A DNA stretch of 64,000 nt from contig JBHGNT010000003.1 of assembly GCA_043228905.1 (NCBI GenBank), positions 1,612,001 through 1,676,000 on the forward strand, written 5' to 3'. Position 1 is the stretch's first letter, and the number at the start of each line of letters is the position of its first letter. Of this stretch, positions 14,653-27,691 are shown one piece after another. The notes beneath the pieces are model-generated. The model saw only the letters and a list, made by a program, of their open reading frames with translations, ran no database searches and had not been told where the DNA came from. The translations under genes and the position numbers were made by a program. The stretch is from Azolla caroliniana. Its lineage: Eukaryota; Plantae; Polypodiophyta.

Positions 14653-15600
14653 GCAATTCTATTGTGGCCAATGGTTTCACGCTGCATGTGCACAATTTGT
14701 GGTTGGAGGCAATGGTTGTGAAACAAATCATACGAAAGGGATACAATCACCGATGAACATGTAGATGATTGAAAACGAATATTGATCATGAGCACACATA
14801 TATTTTGCTGATATGTTGCAATTCTATTGTGACCAATGGTTTCACGCTGCATGTGCACAATTTGTGGTCGGAGGCAATGGTTGTGAAACAAATCATAAGA
14901 AAGGGATACAATCACCGATGAACATGTAGATGATTGAAAACGAATATTGATCACGAGCACACATATATGTTGCTGATAGATGTCCAAATGATCAAATTGA
15001 ATGCCAACCATGTCCAAAAGCACACTCACACCAATAGACGACTTGGCGATCAATTTGAATTTTGCAGTGTCCAAAATGCACATTAACACATATGTATTCG
15101 ATAGAAATCGGGATGATTGAATCAAATGTTGATATTGTCCAAAATGCACACAAACACATGCATGTATGCCCAAACAATCTAATTGAATGCCAATCGTGTC
15201 AAGAAATGTATGTCACCAATAGACATCTAGATTATCTAATCTAATGCTTAGGATGTCCAAAAGGCACATGAACACAATCGAATGCCGATAGTGTCCAAAA
15301 TGCATATGGACACACACATATGTCATAATAGATGTTCGATTGCCAGCAATGTCCAAAATGCACAGGGTCACACACTTATGTACCGTGTGGACATCGAAAT
15401 GATCTAATTGAATGCTGATAGTGTCCAAAATGCACATGGACACACACATATGTCATTATAGATGTTCGAATGCCGGCAATGTCCAAAATGCACATGGATA
15501 CACACATATGTCATAATAGATGTTCGAATGTTGACAAAGTTCCAAAATGCACATGGTCACACGCATGTATGTCAAGACGATCGAACCAAATGCCGACGAT
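14653..15600. repeat. 165-bp tandem duplication followed by a degenerate 55-60 bp minisatellite
   Basis: gcaattctattgtg(g/a)ccaatgg at 14653 and 14818; tgtccaaaatgcacatggacacacacatatgtc-like units recur 15010-15570. Confidence 0.85.
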
Positions 15601-15699
15601 GTCAACAAATACAATCGAGCACATGCGCACACTGAAGCCACTGGACAAGAAGGCTGGACGAGCGAAACGGAATGCCGAGAGTGTCTAGAACTTGGCAAA

Positions 15700-16279
15700 T
15701 GAAAACATAGACACAAATATAGACATAGACGGATACACACAGACACGGACATAGACACACAGACACACAGAGATACATGCAGACACACAGAGATACATGC
15801 AGACGCTAAGAGACACACAGACACTGAGAGATACACATAGGCATAGACAAATACACATAGATATATACATACATAGACATATACATAGACACATACACAT
15901 ACACATACACATACATAGACATAGACACACAGACACAAAGAGATACACATAGACACAGACAGAGAGATACACACAAACATAGACAGATACACATAGATAT
16001 ATACATATACATAGACATAGACATAGACATAGACACAGACAGAGACACATACATAGACATAGACACATAGACACAAAGAGATACACATAGACATAGAGAG
16101 ATACACACAGACATAAACAAATACGCATAGATATATACATAGACACAGACACAAACACAGACACAGACACAGACACAAACATAGACACAGACACAGACAC
16201 AGACATAGACACATTTATAGACAAAGGTCATCGACAAATGCATTGGCATGGATGATCGAAATGAATGGTGTGTGTGTCT

Positions 16280-16320
<41 letters not shown>
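15700..16320. repeat. Compound (ACACAG/ACATAG)n low-complexity tract plus (GA)n
   Basis: Directly visible; explains the spurious CLCLCL/VYVYV ORFs. Confidence 0.95.
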
Positions 16321-16323
<3 letters not shown>

Positions 16324-16420
16324 TCTTGGATAAGGTATAATTAGGAGTCCTCACATGTTAGGACATCTTTATGAAGACAAAAAGTCAACGATTTTTTATT
16401 TGGCCAGGATAATAAGCAGA

Positions 16421-16610
16421 ATAAAATAAATAAATAAATAAATATTTATTTATTTAATTTTAATTTTAATTTTCACTCCATCAGAAGAAGGAGAAGAAGA
16501 AGAAGAAGAAGAAGAAGAAGAAGAAAAAGAAGAAATTCTTCTTCTTCTTCGTTTTCGTTTTCTTCTTCTTCTTCTTCTTCTTCGTTTTTCTTCTTCTTCT
16601 TCTTCTTCTT
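16421..16610. repeat. Two head-to-head microsatellite palindromes, (TAAA)n|(TTTA)n and (GAA)n|(TTC)n, upstream of the MYB gene
   Basis: First centre near 16443; GAA run 16483-16534 is immediately followed by TTC run 16536-16610. Confidence 0.9.
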
Positions 16611-17550
16611 ATCCATCCATTCTTTGCGTGTGGCTCTCATAAGCTTTTTTTTTCCTTTTCTTTTCTTTCTCCTCCTCCTTCTTGCCCCCCCCCCCCCCTT
16701 TCCTGTCCAGAAATTAGGGTTTCTAACTCCCGCTGCCCTATCCTTTTCCGGGGCAAAGTTCTTGTTTAGGGTTTTCTCAGTTAGTTAACCCCATCCTGCT
16801 TCTTTTAGGGCCTCGCTAACCTCTGGTTTTAATCAGGGTTTCTGAATCTCTGCCTTAAGTCAGGGTCTCTGAATGTCTGTTTTAATCTGTGCACCTGATC
16901 CTTATATGCGATCTTGGATGACCTTCTTGATCTGTTTATGTTAGGGTTTCTGAGCCTCCGTTACCCGTCATGCTTTTTAGGCCTTTTGATCCGAATATGA
17001 TCTCTGGTCACTCTTTATCCTGCCACAATTCCAGGTTTCTGAGTTACCCATCAAGCGTTTTTAGCGTTTCTGAGTTACTCACCAAGCTTTTTTTAAGGGT
17101 TACCGAGCTAGCGATCAACCGTTTTTAGGGCATTTGAATCTCTGGTGAGCATCAGATTTTGTTAGAAATTTCCTGATCCTCACATAATATCGGATGTGTC
17201 AAAATTTGCGTTTTTAGGGTTTCTCGGTTGCATATCAACCTCTTGCACGGTTTCTGATCCTCCGTTGCTTTGTTTTAAGGGATCTAATATGTAATAGTAT
17301 AATACATACTAGGGCTAAAGGGAAGTCTTCTTCACATGTCTGAGAAGTGTTAACCACACTATTAGGGATTCTGATTCTCTATCAGGGTTAGGGTAGTGGC
17401 CGAGCATAAACACAATCACACTATACTCTGTTAGTGTTGCAGGTATATATATATATATATATATACATATCACACACAATACTCTGGGAGGGTTTCTAAC
17501 ATCTACACATATATAATCGAGCAAAAGAGAACATCAAATCTCTCTTTCAT

Positions 17551-20500
17551 ATGTCTAGAAGGTGTTCGCACTGTGGGCACAACGGGCACAACTCGCGGAC
17601 GTGTGTGGACATGGTATCGACGAAAGATTCGGGATCATTCAAACTCTTTGGTGTACGTCTGCCAAACAACACATCTGATAACAATGGGTCTTCTGCTTTG
17701 ACTGCTACCTCTGCTTCCATGGCTATGAGGAAAAGTTTTAGCATGGGAAATTTGTCGTCTTATGGCGCCTCGGAATATCGTCAAGGTGGTATATCTCCTC
17801 CTCCGTCAGCATCATCTCCTCAAGAAGAGCAACCTGATGTTTGTGAAGATACAGCAGTGGAAGGTTATGCTTCCGATGACCTTGTCCATACCAATAGTAG
17901 CTCCCGAGAACGAAAGAAAGGTAAGCTTGCATTTGCATTCGTTTGTCTTTTCATTTGGATCCTTTTGTTGTTCAAAGATCTAGTTTAATGTTGGTGATTT
18001 GATCGTGGTATTGTGGTTGGAAGATCATATATCTTTTGCCAATTTGATATGAAATCATCATGTTGGAAGGTCATATCTGTTTGTTTTGTTATATTTGATA
18101 TGAAAGATCTGGTTGGAAGGTCATGTTTTGTTGTTTTGATCTGAGATTTCTTCTGTTGTTATATCTGGATATTTATGATTGAAAGATGATGTCGTTTCTC
18201 ATTTGATCTGAAAATTGTGGTTAGATAATCTTTTTTCAGTCCAACTTATCAAACCATCTCTAAGTTATGTTTGAAATATCATGTTTTTTTTATCATTTGT
18301 TCTGAAATTTGTGGTTCTGATTTATATAATGTGGTGGGAAGAACATGGATTTGCATGCAAATTCGTGGGAAACCATGCAAGAAAAGTCACGTGTTTATAT
18401 GTGAACATCTGGAAACCCATGCATTGTTAAGTGAATTCATTGAAAATCATGCAATGTATACGAAATCATAGAAAATGCATCTGTGTGACTTGGTAGAAAA
18501 CACCTTATATTTTGAGCCTTTTGAAGGAAGGGAAGGAAAACATAAGATGACACATGGAAAACATTGATTTGAACTCATGGGAAACCATACACCTTGCATT
18601 TTGAGTGTTTTGGGAGGAAGGGAAGGAACACGTAGGATGATGCATAGGAAAAACATTGATTTGAAGTCATGGAAAACCGTCATACATTTCATAGATACAA
18701 TAGGGAATCATGAAATAAATTTGAAGAAGAATTCACATACGCTTATTTTGAGATTCACATCATGATTTGAAGAAGGATGGGTGTCTGTTGTCTCAATCAC
18801 TGTCAACCACGATTCTAGAGTCTTCATAGAAGTTAAATACTTGGCATGATGAGCTTGAGCAAAAGGACATTTTGGGAAATACAGAAATGAGGAAAAGTAT
18901 CTCTAAGTTTTTCCTTTCAGTTAACCTGAATAAACATAAATAATTAATCCTGGGAAAAGTGTTGAAAGATAAGAGTCTTATTCTCTGTCTACCATAAATA
19001 CCCTGAGCTGCAGCACATCATCTGTCTAGAGCTATGGATGCTTGCGAAGTCATGCTCACAGGGCTCACGTTTTAACTTTGGTTTGGTCCACTTACCCCAG
19101 ATATAGGGGTGATCTATGGATTGTGAAACCATAGTGACAGTAGAAAAGAGGAAAATAAGGGTAGTTAGCCCTTCATATATTCGCAAACCCTAGATCTATG
19201 TTTGGACCATAGCCATCCACACTGTTTACTGAGTTGGACCAACCGAAGGAAATCTGATAGCCAATGGGCTTACACTAGCCTTAATTGACTTTGAACAGTA
19301 TATTTATGCATATGTTGTAACAATCTGCCTATTGGTTAGTGTTGCGTAAAGTATTGTGCAATCTGAATTTATGTATACGCTTTTGTTATTGCTATGTTTC
19401 TGTTGAGATTATACTTGTGAGAATAAACTCTATTCACACTCGCTCTATCACTACATGTATGCTGAAATTGGCATCTAATTGTGTTATAACCATTGTTTTT
19501 CCAAGAATAAATTTATGGGGATCGATGTCAGGTTGCATATTTAAGATATGTATTGAAATATGGCCATCCATGTGCTTTGTGAGGGTAATCAACATCTGGT
19601 GGCATAATGTGTAATATGATGTGTTGCAAAATATGGAACATCTGATATATCAAAATGTGTTTGCAGGAGTTCCATGGACAGAAGAAGAACATAGGACGTT
19701 TTTGATTGGGCTTCAGAAGCTTGGGAAGGGTGATTGGCGTGGAATTTCACGAAACTTTGTGAAAACAAGAACCCCCACACAAGTTGCAAGCCATGCCCAA
19801 AAGTATTTCTTGAGACGGAACAACCTGAATAAAAGGAGGCGACGGTCAAGTTTATTTGACATGTCTCCAAACACAGTATGTATCAATATATTAGGAGAAA
19901 ACATGAACATACCGCTAATGTGCTGGATATTTACCAGAATACCAAAATTTCTTAAAATTGCCAGAAGACCCTGCCTTAGTGTAAAATTTACTATTACTGA
20001 GGGGTATTCTGGTAAATACCCAACATGTTACCAGGTATTTTTTAGTGTTTTGCCCTGATATATTCTATGACTATTGTTTTAAGTTTTGTGAATATGAAGC
20101 CCCATAAGGCCGAGGCAAGAAAGTGCAAAGAATGAAAATAAATGGGCACTATATTGAATCCTTGCTAATTGAAGTTTCTAGTTAGAGATTTAGTTTCGTG
20201 CAATGGCCAATTGTTTCATTATGTAATTAGATCTCTGAGATTCTGCTATTGCAAAACCATTCGTCATATGTAAGATAAATGCAGATAGAAATGAGGCCAC
20301 CAACATTAATGGCACAAGCTGCGAAGAACAAAATAAATTGGCACTAGAGTGGTTGCTTGGGTATTCATTGAATTCCAATTTCTTCTCATGCAATGGCAAA
20401 ATGTTTCTTTATGAAATAAAATGTTTTAGTCTATTTTCTCTCTTCAGCTGGTTGAGTTATATCTTAAATATCTGAAATTAATTGCAGGTTTCAAGCATCT

Positions 20501-21153
20501 TAGAAGAGGCGGCTGAGGATGCAGATGTGTGTCCTGAGCTAAGTCTAGGCCAAAGTATTCCCTATGGAGGGAGTAATTGCATTGATGCCTCAGTATTCTC
20601 GGGTGGTGGCTATTCCATGGGGGTTTTTCCCCCACGCGTTTCTTCCGCCGTGCCCATGACGGTTTCCGAAGAAGAAGTCAATGAAGTGACCGAGTCTAAT
20701 GATTTAGACACTTGTGTCATGGAAGAGGTTGCCGAGAACGGAACAATCAGAAGCTTGGATATGATGGAAAGTGTTCCTGAAGTGAATGATGATACCGAAA
20801 GAGGGGTGGAGCAACCTCCAATTCAGTTCTCCTTCATACCAATGTGGCCAATGATGCAAGGTATGTATACTACCACAGCAGCAGCAAATGAAGAGATGTG
20901 GGCGACATCAAAGCTGGTGAAGCCTACTCCTATAACTCCTAGGCCACCGGCAAGGATCGACGATGTGGAGAAATTGTCAGAGATGAGTATCGGTAACTCC
21001 CATAGACCTGTGATGGAGCCAAGTCCTTTATCATATAAGCTCTTAGAGGACCGCACACGACATTCAGCTTTTCATACCACTTCTTTGCCGGCTGGTGGTA
21101 GCTCAGATAATATTGGTGGGCAGGTGAGCACAAATGCAATCAGTGTTCCATGA
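17551..21153 (+). CDS. MYBS3: MYB-related transcription factor, CCHC zinc knuckle plus single SHAQKYF MYB repeat (MYBS3/KUA1/MYBD clade), 414 aa, 3 exons
   Basis: Exons 17551-17920 (AG|gtaagc), 19667-19875 (tgcag| ... |gtatgt) and 20488-21153. Motifs: [22 protein letters not shown] repression motif, [28 protein letters not shown]...[15 protein letters not shown]...[25 protein letters not shown]. The symbol denotes clade, not orthology. Confidence 0.93.
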
Positions 21154-23616
21154 ATGTATAAGATTATCTTGTATTAGTATTGCATTAAAAAATGGATGGA
21201 AGTTGAGACTGGAATTTTAGCACAAAACTTTAGAAACTTTGGGAAATGTATGTCTGGAAAGTGTGGGGCTGTGAAACCATTTGCTCAAGTCAGACAATAG
21301 AATCATATACAGGAATCCTTTGGAATTGTGGGTCATATCATTTCGCAGAATGTTAAAATATGCCATTATGGAAATCCTTCAAAGTATATGGGTTGTATTA
21401 TTTTGGGAATGTGAAAATATTGCGTTATATGGTCTATGGGTATTTCTCTCACCTTGTGTAATCTATGGAAAATCCAGAAATCCTCATGATTGCAAAATTT
21501 TCCAACCTTTTGGCTCATATCGGGTTTTAGGGGGGTGGAAGGTTAGAATAGGCCTTACATAATCTAGAAATTTTAGCTTTGTGGCTCATATCAAGTTGGA
21601 TATATGAACAATAATTTAAATGTGATGGACAAATTCTTTGAATTTATGTCGCATACCATTTTGGAAACGTGAAAACCAGGCTTTAATATCATGTTATGTG
21701 AATCTCTTGTAAAAGCATTGTACATATTGTATTTATGCTTGAAGCAGGTTTTCATGTAACTTCATCTCTTTTATCATCTTAGAAGTAGACCTTTATTCAT
21801 ATTTTTGTAGTGCACGAAAAGTAGATTATGTAAATCCTTAAGGGATTCATCTTATGTTACATAAGTCGTGTTCGACCATATGCTCTCTATTTGGTGTTTT
21901 GTAAGCACCCAAAAGCATTGTATTTCGTTTTTTCATTAGGTACTTGCATGAGCTTGAAATGTTTTTCATATATAGAATATCGTGAATGAATAAACTAAAA
22001 ACCCTTTTGGACAGCTGGACCAATGATCGTGTTAGGGTAAATGTAAATAGTATTTTGGGATCGGTGTATGTGTAGCGGCTTCTGTTGGCAGGTGCGGTTT
22101 TGTTCACGATATATAGATGGGACTGTATTATCTCCAAAAAGGTACATATTGTGTATAAATATAAGAATTGTTGTGGCATGTTTTATGATCCTATATTTGT
22201 GAACTTTATATATTTTCGCAGTTTGTGAACCAATTGTTATATACTTGTGTTTTTCAACAGATTCAAATGGAGGAATCAAAAAAAGAAGATATTTTGACTG
22301 TCAAATTTTTTTCTTGGAGCTCGTGTAAGGATCCTTTATTGAAAATGGAAGATTTTCATAAGCATGGAATCTGTCCGAAATTGCATGTGTTTATAGAAAG
22401 CAATAATAATCTGGTTGATCCTCCCTTTATTGATTCCTTACCCTTGATCTATATTGTATGTTAATATGGTGGATTAAAACATCTCCTGTAAGGGTATTAT
22501 TGGTCACACATGATTTTCTTTCATGTTTTGAAATTTTGATCGAAAGCTAATACACTCTTGAACCCATTGTTTCAATTGTATGTGTATGCTGTTTTTGTTC
22601 ATCACATTACTTAAATTAGGATTTTTTTACCTGTTGTGGTCTCTCATATTTGTGGGCATTCTTTGAATTGTGCAACAGGATTTGCTATATGTAAAAAGTC
22701 ATCTTGAATGTAAAGCTAGTTCAAATATGATGAGTATGGGTGATGGGAAAGGATCTTGTAAGTTTTAAGTCGGTTGAATATGTTGATTTGTGTACCATAT
22801 CCATCTTATAGCAAATAATAGGGCTTTTTTCATCAATATTATAAAAAATACTAGCCAAGTATTTCAGGTTTTTTCTTTTCCATTTTTATGCACACATTGG
22901 TTAGAAATGCATTTGGTAAGTGGATTGTAATGATTGAAGTGTTTTTCTAAACATGACATGACTCCAGTTTTGTCTGTTTGCATGATTAGAGTCCAGGGAA
23001 TCCAAATAAAAATTGGTTAGGATTATAGCCTGTTGTTGCATGCACTTTAAATCATCAAGATTGTAACTACATTTAGTAAACTAATAACATTAAATTTAGA
23101 ATAATTTAATTATATCATATGGAGTAATTATTAAATTATAGAAAAGCTTAGGATTGAGAAATGAAGGCATAACATTATAGATCATTGAGATGGGGATGGT
23201 TCCTGACTGAATTACAATTGGAATTTGATTTCAACCAATGCTCGGAAATAATACTATTCGTGAAGAAAGGCTATGTTGAAAAGATTAACAAACAGCATGA
23301 GTGTAAAAACCAATACGAGATGTGATTACTAAAGTCAATTTTCACCTTCTAAAATTATGGTCCTTGGTATTGATTGATTTACTCCAATCATTGTAGACAT
23401 ACTATGATCATTTGATAGGCCTAAGTCTTTACTAGCCTTTCCTCAATGACATTTTCTTTGATAGTTCAAGCTCAAGGATCTATGGTGAAGAAGTGGGACA
23501 CAAAACCCCCCAAGAGGATTGATATACAGATTAATTCATCTTTAAGTTTATTATGGCATCTCCATTCATTTGCCTTCACCTAAGTAATATATACAAGTAT
23601 GCAACAAGGGTAGACT

Positions 23617-23619
<3 letters not shown>

Positions 23620-23664
<45 letters not shown>
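23620..23664. repeat. (TA)n microsatellite
   Basis: Directly visible. Confidence 0.97.
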
Positions 23665-23665
<1 letters not shown>

Positions 23666-24289
23666 GGAGAAATCAACAACTTAACATAAATCGTACCTTG
23701 TCCCCATTCTCATAGAGGTGATTAAGTTGTAGAAGCCATTGAAAGTAAATTTCTTAGTCATATTAAAAGTTTTGGAGGTGTCAATGATCAACCTACCGTG
23801 CATTCATTGTTTGATATCGAAACTCTCTACATTGTGTTGAATAGAAGTTTTGAACTTTAGCCAACTAGTAATTGTGTTGATAACAAGTTTTGAGCATCAA
23901 CAAGTCCATGATGATATTAATCACCGCATTCCCATCGAACAAATTCTACTTCTAATTGATATATTGTGCTAATATGGTCATTGATCCAAGATGGGTTTTT
24001 TGTGAATGATCAATAATGTAACAATTTTAATAATATATCTTGTGATGATTCCCACTTGGATGCCATGAAGCATGGTTACTATAACCTCATTTAATCAAAG
24101 TATGCTCTTCATACCCTACAAATTTTCTTGAACAACCACTTGTGACAATTTGTTTTGGATGCACAATGCTCAATGTACCCTACTTGTTTAGATTCACATA
24201 CCAACAATGATGAAATTATGACATTTTTTTGTTACATTTTACATTAGTCTTATAATCTCTCATTTCACGCAAGTGTATGATATTATGAT

Positions 24290-24540
24290 ATATTTGTTTG
24301 CACTCTACTTCATTCTTGTAATCGCCTATTTCGATCAATAATGCATGAAATCATGGTATGCTTGTTTGTATTCTACTTTATTCTTGCAACCTCTCATTTT
24401 GACTGACAATGCATGAAATTATGATACGTTTGTTGCATTCTACTTAAGTCTTCTAACTTCTCAATTCGACTGACAATGCACAAAATTATGACATATTTGT
24501 TTGCATTCTACTTTAGTCTTGTAGTCTCTCATTTCAATGT
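24290..24540. repeat. Degenerate minisatellite, unit about 59 bp (about 4 copies)
   Basis: Recurring tttgtttgcattctactt...ctctcatttcgactgacaatgcatgaaattatga-like units. Confidence 0.75.
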
Positions 24541-27239
24541 ATGTTCTAGGTTCTAACCTATTTGGCAGTTTGATGTTCTTTGGCCCCAAGCATAAATAAA
24601 TCCAAGTAATTTTTGCTTGAGTTTAGAATTAATAAACTCATATTGTAAGATATTTGTGTTTCCTTATTATATATATCATATTTTCATTCATTTTTATTGG
24701 ACTTAACACATCTAACATAATGGTTAGACATACTACTCATTGTATGGAAATAAACAAGTAGAGCAAAGGATGAGCTAAGATCTTATAGGGTTTTGTCCCC
24801 CATTTATTTCTTCATTGTATATTGTTTAGCTTTAGTTATTATTGGGAAAATTAATCTAAACTAAATGAGAATGCAATAAACTCAAGAAAAATATTTTTTG
24901 GAAAAAAAAACTCAAGAAAAATAGATAAACCCCTAGTTCATTGAATGAGTTACATAAAAGCTTTATCCGACAACATAAGTCACTGTGATGGAAGCTCACA
25001 TACGTCTCTTCCATCATAGGCCTTGCTAAACATTTTTCCAATATTCCAACACCTTTTTGGGTGATACTAACATTGGTGCAAGGCAACGAGGGAGAGGATT
25101 TGTAAATACTAGGACAAGGGCCTTGTGTGTCTTTAATGTGAAAGGGGAGTAAGGTCATATCACTAGTTGTTTACCTCTTCTCTTTACTTTCACTTTCTAG
25201 AACTAGGGATTTCCATCTCCCTAAATTTCAAAGCCTTAATCCTTGTACTTGCAAGGGAAAGTGATGGTGACACTAGATGCATTGATCTTTGTATTCATAT
25301 CATGACAAGTTGGTGATGACACTATAAGGTCACAAACCATATAAACGGAAAGTGGTGGAAAGAAAGAAAGATATATTAATGTATTCTAAGACCAAATTTG
25401 GCCCATGAGACAATTGGTTACAACAAAATGGGATGTGCACCCAATCATCGAAAATAAAAATAAAATAACATATAGATAAAAGAGTTCTAATATTGTACAA
25501 AAGGTGTTATACTGTAACATATTCTATAAAGGAAATGGCTATGTGCTAAGCCTAATTTTATTTCCATCCAAGTCTCTCGAAAAGGAGTGCGAGGTCAAAG
25601 GGTTTCGATGTGGGTATGCCCCATGGTCCTGATGTAAAAGGTATTCCGACCATAGCTTCTAGGAGGTGTAACTCACGTTCCATTATCTTCTTAATTGCTT
25701 CTACACAATGTCAAGTGACTTTGAGACTCGACATCTAAGGAAGTTTGGTTGTTCTTTGGTTTTTTTCTTTAGTGAGGGAGAGGCTGAGTGGTGCAAGTGT
25801 GTCCACACTATCGTCCCCACCTGTCCCTGAAAAATTTCATGGGTTACATGTTGCTAAATATTAAAAAGGTTATGGTTAGCATTTTGTAGCTTATTCTCTC
25901 TATGTTGTTTTAACTCTAAAATATATCTACCTAATTTCTTTATATCTGAGGTATCTAATAGTTTGGAAGGGGTGGGAGAGGGTCCTAGTATGTCTTAGTA
26001 GTTTGCCCGTAAAGTGATACTCATCCTCTATCTCTATGTGACATACTCATCCTATCCAGGGACTCCATTTGCACGACCATTGTCAACCTCAAGTTGGTGA
26101 GATGATACTCTATGTTGTCCAATGGTAATACTTGATGCATATGGTAAGAACCTATCTTAATATTTTGGTCGTATAATAAAACCTAACTTAGAGAACTGCA
26201 TGAAGTGTTCCTTATAGTACAACATTTTAGATGGCAGCAACGCTAGTGGGTTGATCCATTTATGTTGAGTGCAAATTTGCCATATTTCTTAGTGTATAAC
26301 TTTATTACGGTCCTCATGAGAAGAGGGGTGATTCCACATAACCTAACAAGAAATTTGACTTAAACAACAGTTAGGATGCTTGTCAAGTTGATGTGTTGAA
26401 CTACTCCATTATTATAATGCCTAAATGAAGTAGTTCACACACCAACATTTGGACTCTAGATATGAAACAAGAGGATATACCCTTCAATATTAGGGTTATA
26501 CTGAGGGAAATAGAAAGGGGGGTTGATTAATTATCCAAAGTAAAGTTTTCAACCATCATAATCTAGGAGTTCCAACTTTGCTCAAAGTATTTTGAAAAGG
26601 AGATAGGGCCCTCGTAGTTAAAGGTAAGGTGATGCAATTAACTTCTACCTTTAGCTAGAATTGCTACATGAGCTTAAGCTCATTTGAGAGTGTTATATAT
26701 GCTTAGCCAACTCTTGGGAGAAAGGATGACATCCTATCCCCTCATAGACCCCCATGGAACGAGCACACATAACACATGCTAACCCCAAACATGAACACAT
26801 TGGCATTATGCCAAGCTATGCAATAATTTATAGTCATCGTGTAGGGACAATGATCCAACACCATCAACATTCAAGGGGTAACTTCTCTTACATGTTAAGT
26901 ACCTGTTGTACACAACATGATCCATGAAGACATCAAGACTGGTGTAGGCAATGAACTCAATAGAACATTCAAAAAAAGGAACTAGAACTAAATTGGCCTT
27001 AAAGCTCCAGGCCAAAAGGCTACCCCAATGTGAAAGAGGATTTAATCAATCTCTTAATTAATAGTTAACACAAAGAATTGTGAGTGACAGGAGTTTGCAA
27101 GGTTAGGTTACTTAACAAGAAGCTCAAAAGTGATTGACAACCACTCTTACCTGGTTGGCTATCGATAGGGTATACAATGCTCCACTTCCTTTGGCTCACA
27201 ACAATTGATGTGAAGGTAGAAGTTTGTTGATCAATAAAC

Positions 27240-27691
27240 GTGCTCACTGGGTGCGTACCTTGGAACAACACACAACATAAACAAAATGCATCTGAAATAT
27301 CTAAGACATGGGAAAGCTCATGATCACATAAAGAGATTCAAGCAAGTTCTTCGTCCCTATATTGAACTTGTTTCAACTACTATAAGAACAACAACATTTG
27401 AGCTAATGCTTGATGAGAAAGTCAAGAAATGGTTCAAACTCTTCCCTAAGAAATATTGAAAAATGTGTTCACTGGGTGCGTACCTTGAAACAACACACAA
27501 CATAAACAAAATGCGTTTGAAATATCTAAGACATGGGAAAGCTCGTGATCACATAAAGAGATTCAAGCAAGTTCTTCTTACCTATTTTGAACTTGTTTCA
27601 ACTACTATAAGAACAACAACATTTGAACTAAGCTTGATGAGAAAGTCAAGAAATGGTTCAAACTTTTCCCTAAGAAATATTGAAAAATGTT
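27240..27691. repeat. 225-bp tandem duplication
   Basis: gtg(c/t)tcactgggtgcgtaccttg at 27240 and 27465. Confidence 0.9.

Noticed and set aside
15456-16354. Long ORFs of 179-252 aa (CLCLCL, VYVYV)
   Set aside because: Translations of a stop-poor microsatellite; no coding signature.
17921-17988. ORF-track extensions of the MYB exons ([10 protein letters not shown]..., MLQNMEHL..., VCINILG...)
   Set aside because: Intron read-through beyond clear GT/AG sites.
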